Notes under the pieces: generated by a model
Told to the model about the DNA's origin: nothing
The model's input: the letters and a program-made list of their open reading frames with translations, nothing else
The model's database searches: none
Position numbers and translations under genes: made by a program
Assembly (NCBI GenBank): GCA_022560555.1
Contig: JADFSZ010000005.1
Location: 1-20,078 of the forward strand
Direction of reading: 5' to 3'
From: PVC group bacterium
GTDB lineage: Bacteria > GCA-001730085 > JADFSZ01
DNA length: 20,078 nt
Part shown: positions 8,461-15,565 of the stretch, piece after piece
Position numbering within the stretch: position 1 is the stretch's first letter
Layout: each line of letters begins with the position of its first letter

Positions 8461-8567
8461 ATCACAAAGACCACAGAGAAAAGATTTAAAACATAAATGC
8501 TAAAATCAGAATTTCTGTGAACCTGCCTGCCTGCTCTGTGTCCTTTGTGGTGAAAAAAAGCTTTAAC
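8461..8567 (+). repeat. Copy B of the conserved intergenic element (sufU-nfu gap).
   Basis: Same four blocks as copy A, in the same orientation. The variable centre is CTGCCTGCCTG (tandem CCTG units). In this copy CACAAAG-AC-CACAGAG (8463-8478) is an imperfect inverted repeat of CTCTGTG-TC-CTTTGTG (8534-8549). Confidence 0.85.
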
Positions 8568-8589
8568 ACATTACTAAAAGGAGGTATTT

Positions 8590-9153
8590 ATGCAAATCAT
8601 CATTAATGTGCAGAACACACCGAATCCAAATGCGTTAAAATTTATTGTGAACAGGGATGTAATTAAAAGCGGTGAAAAAGCATCTTTCGGCGGTCCTGAC
8701 GAAGCAGAAGGGATTGTAATTATTCAGAAGCTTTTTGAGATCCCGAATGTGACACAAGTTCATTTTTTTGAAAATGTGATTAGTGTGACTCAAGATGGTC
8801 AACAAGATTGGGATGTTGTTAGTGAAGAGATCAAGAAAGTGATACTGGAACATATTGTAGCGCATGATCCGAATTTTATAGAAAAACTGAGTACATTTGT
8901 ACCCAAAGTCGATCGTGAGCCCAAAAGCCCGGAATTCGCTAAAATTGACGAAATTCTTGATCGAACGGTAAGGCCTTATCTGCAAGGGGATGGGGGCGAT
9001 CTCGAGCTGATAAGTTATGAAAATCATATTTTGAAAGTGCTTTATCAAGGGGCATGCGGTTCGTGCCCAAGTTCAACGGCCGGAACGCTTCAAGCTATTC
9101 AGGGGATTTTACGTGATGAATTTGACTCGGAAATCGAAGTGATCACGACCTAA
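8590..9153 (+). CDS. nfu: Nfu-type Fe-S cluster carrier (Nfu_N domain plus NifU C-terminal domain).
   Basis: N-terminal TPNPNALKF block and C-terminal GDGGDLELI...GACGSCPSSTAGTL CXXC motif. Strong AAAGGAGG Shine-Dalgarno 5 nt upstream. Confidence 0.9.
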   Translation: MQIIINVQNTPNPNALKFIVNRDVIKSGEKASFGGPDEAEGIVIIQKLFEIPNVTQVHFFENVISVTQDGQQDWDVVSEEIKKVILEHIVAHDPNFIEKLSTFVPKVDREPKSPEFAKIDEILDRTVRPYLQGDGGDLELISYENHILKVLYQGACGSCPSSTAGTLQAIQGILRDEFDSEIEVITT

Positions 9154-9234
9154 AAGTTTGCTTGCGCCTTTAGGTTTTATGAACTAAACTGCCGAATATA
9201 TCACGCTAACCTAGTTTATTGAAGGAGGTTTCTC

Positions 9235-9867
9235 ATGGCTTATGAATTGCCGAAATTGCCGTATGAATTTAACGCGCTCGAACCTCATATTGACGCGAAG
9301 ACGATGGAAATTCATCACACCAAGCATCATCAAGCGTATATCACGAAAGTGAATGATGCTCTCCAAGGAACGGAATTTGAAAATCAAGCCATTGAAGATG
9401 TTATTGCCAACATCAATCAATTGCCGAAAGACAAACAGGGTGCCGTAAGAAACAACGGGGGCGGACATGCCAATCATTCGTTGTTTTGGCAGATTTTATC
9501 ATCTGAATCCGGAGCTCCCGGTGGGGAATTGGCCGAAGATATTCAGTCAACATTCGGAAGCTTTGAAAAGTTTCAAGTTGCTTTTGCCAATGCAGGAATG
9601 ACGCGGTTTGGTTCAGGCTGGGCTTGGCTCACGATTGATGAGGGCGGAAAACTGTGTGTATGTTCAACCCCCAATCAAGATAGCCCTCTGATGAAGGGAA
9701 TCGCGGAATGTCCGGGAAAGCCTATTTTGGGTTTAGACGTATGGGAACACGCGTATTATTTGAATTATCAAAACCGCCGGCCGGATTACATTAAAGCATT
9801 TTGGAATGTGGTCAATTGGAAAAAAGTCGGTGAGTTGTACACGGCGGCAAAAATGGCTAAAGCGTAA
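9235..9867 (+). CDS. sodA: Fe/Mn-family superoxide dismutase, Mn-type by signature residues.
   Basis: The sequence carries [10 protein letters not shown]...[29 protein letters not shown] and [26 protein letters not shown] Shine-Dalgarno 6 nt upstream. Confidence 0.9.
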   Translation: MAYELPKLPYEFNALEPHIDAKTMEIHHTKHHQAYITKVNDALQGTEFENQAIEDVIANINQLPKDKQGAVRNNGGGHANHSLFWQILSSESGAPGGELAEDIQSTFGSFEKFQVAFANAGMTRFGSGWAWLTIDEGGKLCVCSTPNQDSPLMKGIAECPGKPILGLDVWEHAYYLNYQNRRPDYIKAFWNVVNWKKVGELYTAAKMAKA

Positions 9868-9903
9868 AAGCCGTATTTCGGATATCGTATATCGTATTTC
9901 GTG

Positions 9904-9941
9904 AAAAACCCTGAAGAAAGTTCTTCAGGGTTTTTTGTTTT
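9904..9941. terminator. Bidirectional rho-independent terminator between the convergent sodA and fpr genes.
   Basis: CCCTGAAGAA (9909-9918) pairs perfectly with TTCTTCAGGG (9921-9930). The stem is flanked by AAAAA on the 5' side and TTTTTTGTTTT on the 3' side. Confidence 0.9.
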
Positions 9942-9948
9942 AAAAACT

Positions 9949-11343
9949 TTAAGAAACAGGAGAGCCATCAAGAACCGCGATCATCTCCGCGATCGAGGTA
10001 AATTTTTCTCTGGGTTTTCCCTTGGCTTGTCCGTTTTCAATCTCTGCTTGATCGATTTTTTTCCAATCCGGAAAACTGACCACGCGGACATCACGGCTCT
10101 TTAAGAGATCTAGGACAGAATCCGTAGACGGATTTTTGCATGGGGCCAAGGTCGGGGCATCAGCCAGTATTAACTGGACCGTAGCGATGCTATCCGGCTT
10201 ATTAGTTCCGATCACGCCGCTGGGGCCGCGCTTGATCCATCCTGCGGCGTAGAGACCAGGGACGGTTTGATTGTTGTCGGTGATTCTCCCGTCTCGGTTG
10301 GGAAAGATCCCCCGTTTATCATCAAACGGAACGCCGGGAATAGCAATCCCCCTGTATCCTACGCTTCGAAACAGGAGCCCGCAGGAGAGCTCCTGAGTTT
10401 CGCCGGTGCCCTTGGCTTTTTGACTAAAAGCCTCACCCGTGAGTTCATTTTTTTCCAATAGTATTTTTTCGAGTTTGTTGTTCCCGATAAGTTCAATAGG
10501 GCTTTGAAAAAAATGGATAATGAATTTCTTTGATTTTTGACTTGCAGGGGATCTTGTCAAAAATTCTTGAAAAACTTTCCAGTTTCTCTGACTCAGCGTG
10601 TTTTTAGCATCGTCAAGTTCGACTTGGCTTGCGGTATTCAGCGTTAAATCTTCCGGATTATTGAAGACAGGATCACAGTCGGTAAGTTCTCCAAATTCAG
10701 CAATTTCAACTTTTGTGAATTTTGCCTGAATCGGGCCTCGTCGTCCGATGAGATGAATTTCTTTGATTTTGCTTTCGGCCAAAGCGTCAAGCGCGTGCTG
10801 AGCCATATCGGTGGTTCTGAGTTCATCCACGGTTTTAGAAAGGATTCGTGAAACATCCATGGCCACATTTCCTTGTCCGATAATGATAGCGACTTCATGG
10901 GACAGATCAAATGTGCGGTCCTGATAATCGGGATGTCCGTTGTACCAGCCGACAAATTCGGTCGCGGTATAACTGCCCGTGAGATCTTCGCCGGGAATGC
11001 CTAAACGACGGTCTGTCTCGGCTCCACAGCTGAACAATATAGCGTCATAATGTGTTCTTAGTTCATCCACCGAGAGGTTCTTTCCAATATTGACGTTTCC
11101 TAAAAAATGAAAGCGTTCATGAGCTGCCGTTTTTTCGTAAAGCTTAATAACACTTTTGATTTTTGGATGATCAGGTGCCACGCCGCCGCGGACCAGGCCG
11201 AAGGGGATGGGAAGCCGGTCATACATATCGACATCGACGACACGATCAGATTTTAACAAAGCTTCGGCTGCGTAAAATCCGCTGGGGCCGCTTCCGATAA
11301 TAGCGACGCGTAGGGGCCTTGATTCTTCTCCAAGGGTGCTCAT
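9949..11343 (-). CDS. fpr: NADPH:ferredoxin (adrenodoxin-type) reductase, FprA-like.
   Basis: FAD dinucleotide fold [37 protein letters not shown] fold [13 protein letters not shown], and [15 protein letters not shown]. The 464-aa length matches the FprA/AdR family. Confidence 0.88.
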   Translation of the reverse strand: MSTLGEESRPLRVAIIGSGPSGFYAAEALLKSDRVVDVDMYDRLPIPFGLVRGGVAPDHPKIKSVIKLYEKTAAHERFHFLGNVNIGKNLSVDELRTHYDAILFSCGAETDRRLGIPGEDLTGSYTATEFVGWYNGHPDYQDRTFDLSHEVAIIIGQGNVAMDVSRILSKTVDELRTTDMAQHALDALAESKIKEIHLIGRRGPIQAKFTKVEIAEFGELTDCDPVFNNPEDLTLNTASQVELDDAKNTLSQRNWKVFQEFLTRSPASQKSKKFIIHFFQSPIELIGNNKLEKILLEKNELTGEAFSQKAKGTGETQELSCGLLFRSVGYRGIAIPGVPFDDKRGIFPNRDGRITDNNQTVPGLYAAGWIKRGPSGVIGTNKPDSIATVQLILADAPTLAPCKNPSTDSVLDLLKSRDVRVVSFPDWKKIDQAEIENGQAKGKPREKFTSIAEMIAVLDGSPVS

Positions 11344-11380
11344 AGGGGATGCTCCTCAGTTAGCGTTGGGTGACTTTGGT

Positions 11381-11911
11381 CTATAGGTTTTTTAAGCGAG
11401 CTTTTGGTTTTTTGGATTGAGATCGGTGCTTAGGTTTTTTAGTGCCCTGTTTTAAGACAACTCTTTGAATTCTTTTGGAAATGTCTTTATCTCGCATGAT
11501 ATAGCGCATAAATCGAAGCATCCTTTGACCCGTTTCGAGACTCATTAGATGTTCCATCTTACAGGCATCGGAGAGAGCCACTTCGGTTGGGACGCGTAAG
11601 ACATCCTGAAAAAATTGAGATAGGATAACAAAGTTTTGCTCTACGGATTCTGCCATTTGTTTTCCTATATCGGAAAGAACGAGAAAGCGATTGGCATCTT
11701 CCGTGACCCAGCCGCGCTTTTTAAGTTGTGTGAGCGCCATGGAGGCGGCCCCGCGTGAAATTTCAAGCACATTGGCTACATTTGTGACGCGGGCGTACCC
11801 AAACTCATCGTGCAGGTGATTGATGGCCATCAAATAATGAGCGGCCGAATGCGTAATCTCGTTTTTCTCGAATTCACGCCAGTGGCTCGCGTCGTTCAGA
11901 TCCATGACCAT
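11381..11911 (-). CDS. DtxR/MntR-family metal-dependent transcriptional regulator: two domains, no SH3-like domain, and a Lys/Arg-rich C-terminal tail.
   Basis: HTH region ARVTNVANVLEISRGAASMALTQLKKRGWV. The conserved primary metal-site motif DACKMEHLMS corresponds to DtxR C102/E105/H106. GAGGAG Shine-Dalgarno 8 nt upstream. The gene is 37 bp upstream of fpr on the same strand. Confidence 0.8.
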   Translation of the reverse strand: MVMDLNDASHWREFEKNEITHSAAHYLMAINHLHDEFGYARVTNVANVLEISRGAASMALTQLKKRGWVTEDANRFLVLSDIGKQMAESVEQNFVILSQFFQDVLRVPTEVALSDACKMEHLMSLETGQRMLRFMRYIMRDKDISKRIQRVVLKQGTKKPKHRSQSKKPKARLKNL

Positions 11912-11977
11912 TTTTCAAACTCCTCGAGACGGTTCGTTCAATAAGACTGTGATATAAATGAGTTTAAAAGGAAAACG

Positions 11978-12005
11978 ATTATAACGTGTCAGAAGATCTT
12001 GTCAA
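11978..12005 (-). promoter_or_regulatory. Consensus sigma70-type promoter on the - strand for the dtxR-like/fpr pair: TTGACA-16 bp-TATAAT.
   Basis: The reverse complement reads TTGACA (12005-12000), a 16-bp spacer, then TATAAT (11983-11978). It is bracketed by the inverted repeat ACGTGTC (11984-11990) / GACACGT (12007-12013). Confidence 0.65.
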
Positions 12006-12105
12006 GGACACGTCAGAGGGCTTCAAACTATATTCTTTCTAACTCATTCATTGTCAATAAATTAAGACGTACTTGGGCGCGGTGTCCCGGGACGAAAAAT
12101 AGTTA

Positions 12106-12134
12106 TTGACACTTGTCAGATGTTCATGTAAATT
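12106..12134 (+). promoter_or_regulatory. Sigma70-type promoter for the phnDCE-like operon: TTGACA-17 bp-TAAATT, with an overlapping TGACA-CT-TGTCA inverted repeat.
   Basis: TTGACA at 12106-12111 and TAAATT at 12129-12134. Inverted repeat at 12107-12118. Downstream lie TTAAC-GGAT-GTTAA (12133-12146) and GTTAAC (12152-12157). Confidence 0.6.
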
Positions 12135-12204
12135 AACGGATGTTAAGCATAGTTAACAAAAGTTTTTTGAACCGCCTGAGCACAAGAGATAAGGAGCTGC
12201 GAGC

Positions 12205-13128
12205 GTGAACAGAATTGTTAAAAATATTTGGATATCGGTTGTATGTTTTTGTTTGTTGACTATGAATGTGTTTGCCGACGAGGAGGTGTCTTTCACGCTT
12301 GGTTTTATTCCAACAGAAAAGGCGAGTGAACTAACCCCGAAAGCGGAGGCTTTAGCGGAATTTTTATCCAATGCGATGAGAATGCCCGTGAATGTTGTTG
12401 TTCCGACGGCGTATGAATCGTTGATCGAGGGCCTCCGTTTCGGACACATTAACGCGGCCTTTATGGATTCCGGACCGGCCTGGATTGCCTGCCAAAAAGC
12501 GGATGCCGAGGTTGTTCTGGCCGAATTGAAAAGCGGATCCCCCTACTATTGGTGTGAGGTGTATGTTAGAAGCGATAGTGATATTAAAAGTCTAAAGGAT
12601 ATATTAAACAAAAGAATCGCGTTTACTAGCTGGACGGGTTCAAGCGGATTTATTTTTCCTATCGGTACGATGGTTCAAAGAGGGCTGATTGAGGTTGAGG
12701 GACAGGACTTTATCTCCCTTGAAAAGAGCCTAGGTCAATCTTTTAGTCAGTATGTTATTTCAGGTGGATATAAACAATCATTGAAATTGCTGATCGAAGG
12801 CAAAGTGGATGCGGCCGCGCTCGCGCATGACGCGCCCCAAAAGTATCTTAAAGCCGGGGATCGGGAAAAAATAAAATCCATTGAACGGCTGGGAAAAGTT
12901 CCGTCGCATCCGATTGTGGTTAAGTCTGATATGCCGCAAGAATTAAAAGAACGTTTTATTAGTGCCATGCTTTTATTGAATCAACCCGAACATCAAGGTC
13001 TTTTGGAAAGACTCTACGGAGTGACCGGACTCACCGCGACAAATACTGAAGAACATTTAGGGGATTTTGGCCCCGCGTTCGAGCGGCTAACGGGTGTTCA
13101 TAAAAAAGTGTTTGCAAAACATAAATAA
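12205..13128 (+). CDS. phnD: PhnD-family (phosphonate/phosphite-type) ABC transporter periplasmic substrate-binding protein.
   Basis: Signal peptide with a VFA/DE cleavage-like site. Family blocks are LGFIPTE, GHINAAFMDSGPAW and the Ser/Thr-rich loop FTSWTGSSGFIFP. GTG start with AAGGAG upstream. Confidence 0.8.
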   Translation: MNRIVKNIWISVVCFCLLTMNVFADEEVSFTLGFIPTEKASELTPKAEALAEFLSNAMRMPVNVVVPTAYESLIEGLRFGHINAAFMDSGPAWIACQKADAEVVLAELKSGSPYYWCEVYVRSDSDIKSLKDILNKRIAFTSWTGSSGFIFPIGTMVQRGLIEVEGQDFISLEKSLGQSFSQYVISGGYKQSLKLLIEGKVDAAALAHDAPQKYLKAGDREKIKSIERLGKVPSHPIVVKSDMPQELKERFISAMLLLNQPEHQGLLERLYGVTGLTATNTEEHLGDFGPAFERLTGVHKKVFAKHK

Positions 13129-13138
13129 GGGTTTTCTT

Positions 13139-13924
13139 GTGACTTCTTCTCAAACACAAACGGATCAACAATTATCTACTCCAACCCGTCCAACACTTGT
13201 AGAGCTTAAGAATGTGTCCGTCTCTTTTGGACGTATATCCGTTCTCAAAAATGTTTCCCTCCGGGTTTCTCAAGGTGTTGTTCATGGGATCATCGGCCCG
13301 AGCGGAACGGGGAAAACGACTCTGATTAAAATAATTAACGGACTTGTTCGTCCCGATGAGGGGTATGTGAATGTTTTGGGTTGCCGGATTAACGGACAAA
13401 AACACGCCGATCTTATATCCTTGAGACATCAGATCGGGTATATTCCGCAAAACTTGGGTCTCGTGAAAATTCTCACAGCCCGCGAAAATGTTTTGATGGG
13501 AAGTTTGGCCCGGATTGGCTCCCTGCGAACATGCCTGAAAATTTTCCCGAAAATCGAGCTTGAGAGATCGGATATACTTCTCGAGAAATTAGGGCTTTTG
13601 CCTAAAGCAGATATTCGCGTACATAAATTATCCGGCGGCGAACAAAAACGAGTTGCCATCGCCAGGGCCCTCATGCAAAATCCTAAGATTCTTTTAGCTG
13701 ATGAATTTCTTTCGGATCTGGATTATAACAACGCGGAGAGGATCATGAAAGAAATCATCAAGTTAAAAATCAATCTGGATCTCACCGTGATTATGGTTGA
13801 GCATAATTTGGCATTGGCGCGGGAGTTTTGTAATACCGTGTCGGCTATTACGCCGGAAGGGTCTCTTGAGGTATCCGACTTCAAAGCCTGGGAGCCTAAA
13901 TTTTCTGACATTTGGACGTTTTAG
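13139..13924 (+). CDS. phnC: ABC transporter ATP-binding protein, PhnC-like.
   Basis: Walker A GPSGTGKTT, Q-loop GYIPQN, signature LSGGEQKRVAIARAL, and Walker B ILLADEF. The ORF opens at GTG 13094 (overlapping phnD), but GTG 13139 has AAGGG 7 nt upstream and is preferred. Confidence 0.85.
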   Translation: MTSSQTQTDQQLSTPTRPTLVELKNVSVSFGRISVLKNVSLRVSQGVVHGIIGPSGTGKTTLIKIINGLVRPDEGYVNVLGCRINGQKHADLISLRHQIGYIPQNLGLVKILTARENVLMGSLARIGSLRTCLKIFPKIELERSDILLEKLGLLPKADIRVHKLSGGEQKRVAIARALMQNPKILLADEFLSDLDYNNAERIMKEIIKLKINLDLTVIMVEHNLALAREFCNTVSAITPEGSLEVSDFKAWEPKFSDIWTF

Positions 13925-13936
13925 AAACATGCCGAT

Positions 13937-14737
13937 ATGATTCCCTTCTCCTCGATAAATTTCCACTCGTATTCGTATCGCATTTATTTTAAATGTGTCA
14001 TAGCCGCACTTCTGTTCGGATTGCTCTTTTTGTGCGGCTGGCATTTGGATATTCGACCGTTTAAAATTGTTCCCGGTATGAAAAACCTTTTTACACTTCT
14101 CAATGACGCGTTTCCTCCGGATATGAGTCTTTTTTCCGTGTCTCTAAAAGCTGTTGCAGAAACGCTTCAAATTGCCTATATGGGAACTTTGCTTGGCCTG
14201 GCGTTATCGTTGCCGTTCGGAATCTTAGGGGCACGAAATCTCTTTTCTAAGCGTGTCACCATTCCCGTACGTGTTTTTTTAGGAGCCATCCGTACTATGC
14301 CTTCGCTCTTATGGGCCGTTGTTTTTGTGATCATGATCGGGCTTGGGCCCTTTGCCGGAGTTTTGGCCACGGTGATGTACACAACAGGTTATCTTGGGAA
14401 ACTCCAGTATGAAGCAATTGAAGGGATCAATCCTGAGCCTCTAGAAGCAATGTCCGGAATGGGGGCAAGTAAATTCCAGCTCATCCGCTTTGTAGTGATT
14501 CCCGAGAGCGCGAACCATCTGATCAGCCAAGCTCTCTTTATGTTTGAATACAATGTGAGAGCGTCAACGATATTGGGATTTGTCGGGGCGGGGGGAATTG
14601 GGTTTTATATTAGCGCCTATTTAAGATATTTGGAATATGACAAAGTCTTTATGTTGATTCTCATTGTTTTTGTCACGGTTCTCGTTATTGATTATATCAG
14701 TCTCAAGATTCGCGATCGGTATCTCATGATTAAATAA
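13937..14737 (+). CDS. phnE: ABC transporter permease, PhnE-like.
   Basis: Multi-pass hydrophobic protein with PhnE-type blocks (ETLQIAYMGTLLG, IRTMPSLLWAVVFV, EAMSGMGASKFQLIRFVVIP). The start codon is uncertain because no Shine-Dalgarno is visible. Confidence 0.85.
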   Translation: MIPFSSINFHSYSYRIYFKCVIAALLFGLLFLCGWHLDIRPFKIVPGMKNLFTLLNDAFPPDMSLFSVSLKAVAETLQIAYMGTLLGLALSLPFGILGARNLFSKRVTIPVRVFLGAIRTMPSLLWAVVFVIMIGLGPFAGVLATVMYTTGYLGKLQYEAIEGINPEPLEAMSGMGASKFQLIRFVVIPESANHLISQALFMFEYNVRASTILGFVGAGGIGFYISAYLRYLEYDKVFMLILIVFVTVLVIDYISLKIRDRYLMIK

Positions 14738-14781
14738 TTTTTTCCAATCCATTAATGAACAGGTATAAGAAAGGGTAAAGG

Positions 14782-15462
14782 GTGACACTTAAGATAAAGG
14801 GTAAAATTGGTATTTTATGGCTTACTGTATTGATGATGGGGATTCTAAGTTGTGATGTATCGTATGCGTCGGATGATTGGGGTTTTTGGCAAGATGCCAA
14901 TGTTAGTGTGCCGATCACAGACGACTTAAAGATTAAACTGAATCAAGAAGCAAAGTTTCGCGATAATTTTTCGGAATATTTTTATATTCATGGTGACGTT
15001 AAAATTATGTATCGCTTGTTTCCCTGGATGGATGTGGGGGCGTCTTTTAGACACATCGAAGAAAAGGGCACAAGCGGAGATTGGGAGAACGAAGAGCGAC
15101 CCTATGTAGAGATGGCCCTAAAAACCGAACTTTCCGGATTTAAAATCTCAACCCGGGCACGATTAGAACGTCGAATTAGAACAAACAAATCCGATCGTTG
15201 GCGCTTTCGTAATAAATTGACAGTGACCCCTCCTGTGAAATGGACCCCATTTGAAATTCAGCCTTATATTGCCGATGAAATTTTCTTTACCATCGAAGAT
15301 AACCGCTTTGATCAAAACCGCATCTACGCGGGCATAAAATCAAAACTGACAGAAACGTTGAGCGCAAAATTTTATTATATGTGGAAGCTCAATTACCAAT
15401 CATCGACAAGCATCTGGCGCGCGTCAAACGTGCTTGGAGGGGCTGTTTCTATGAAGTTTTGA
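14782..15462 (+). CDS. Predicted secreted outer-membrane beta-barrel protein of unknown function; resembles the DUF2490 family from memory only.
   Basis: N-terminal signal peptide (possible SYA/SD cleavage, or an ILSC lipobox). Alternating amphipathic strands. An Arg-rich RARLERRIRTNKSDRWRFRNKL segment. C-terminal ...AVSMKF ends in an aromatic residue, typical of OMPs. GTG start with AAGGG 6 nt upstream. It follows phnE by 44 bp. Confidence 0.6.
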   Translation: MTLKIKGKIGILWLTVLMMGILSCDVSYASDDWGFWQDANVSVPITDDLKIKLNQEAKFRDNFSEYFYIHGDVKIMYRLFPWMDVGASFRHIEEKGTSGDWENEERPYVEMALKTELSGFKISTRARLERRIRTNKSDRWRFRNKLTVTPPVKWTPFEIQPYIADEIFFTIEDNRFDQNRIYAGIKSKLTETLSAKFYYMWKLNYQSSTSIWRASNVLGGAVSMKF

Positions 15463-15465
15463 TTC

Positions 15466-15500
15466 TTGACAGACCAAGTTGTTTTTGCTAAGGTCTTAGC
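15466..15500 (+). promoter_or_regulatory. Sigma70-type promoter for the pnt operon (TTGACA-17 bp-TAAGGT), with a 14-bp palindrome GCTAAG-GT-CTTAGC over the -10.
   Basis: TTGACA at 15466-15471, TAAGGT at 15489-15494, and the palindrome at 15487-15500. Confidence 0.5.
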
Positions 15501-15565
15501 GATTTATCCAAACCTATATAGATAAACTCTTTTCCTCTAAACAGCCTGATCGAAGGATGAACTTG

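Noticed and set aside
9171-9213. TAGGTT ... AACCTA inverted hexamers upstream of sodA, reminiscent of DtxR/IdeR box half-sites.
   Set aside because: The half-sites are 31 bp apart rather than forming a contiguous 19-bp palindrome, and only 6 bp match. No convincing promoter is nearby. This is likely coincidental.
9872-9901. Short repeats after the sodA stop: CGTATTTCG twice (9872-9880 and 9893-9901) and tandem TATCGTA twice (9883-9896).
   Set aside because: The repeats are very short and lie directly before the terminator hairpin. There is no evidence of function beyond a possible slippage product.
9901-10104. 67-aa + strand ORF starting in the sodA/fpr terminator.
   Set aside because: It begins at a GTG inside the terminator stem and runs antisense to the well-supported fpr 3' end.
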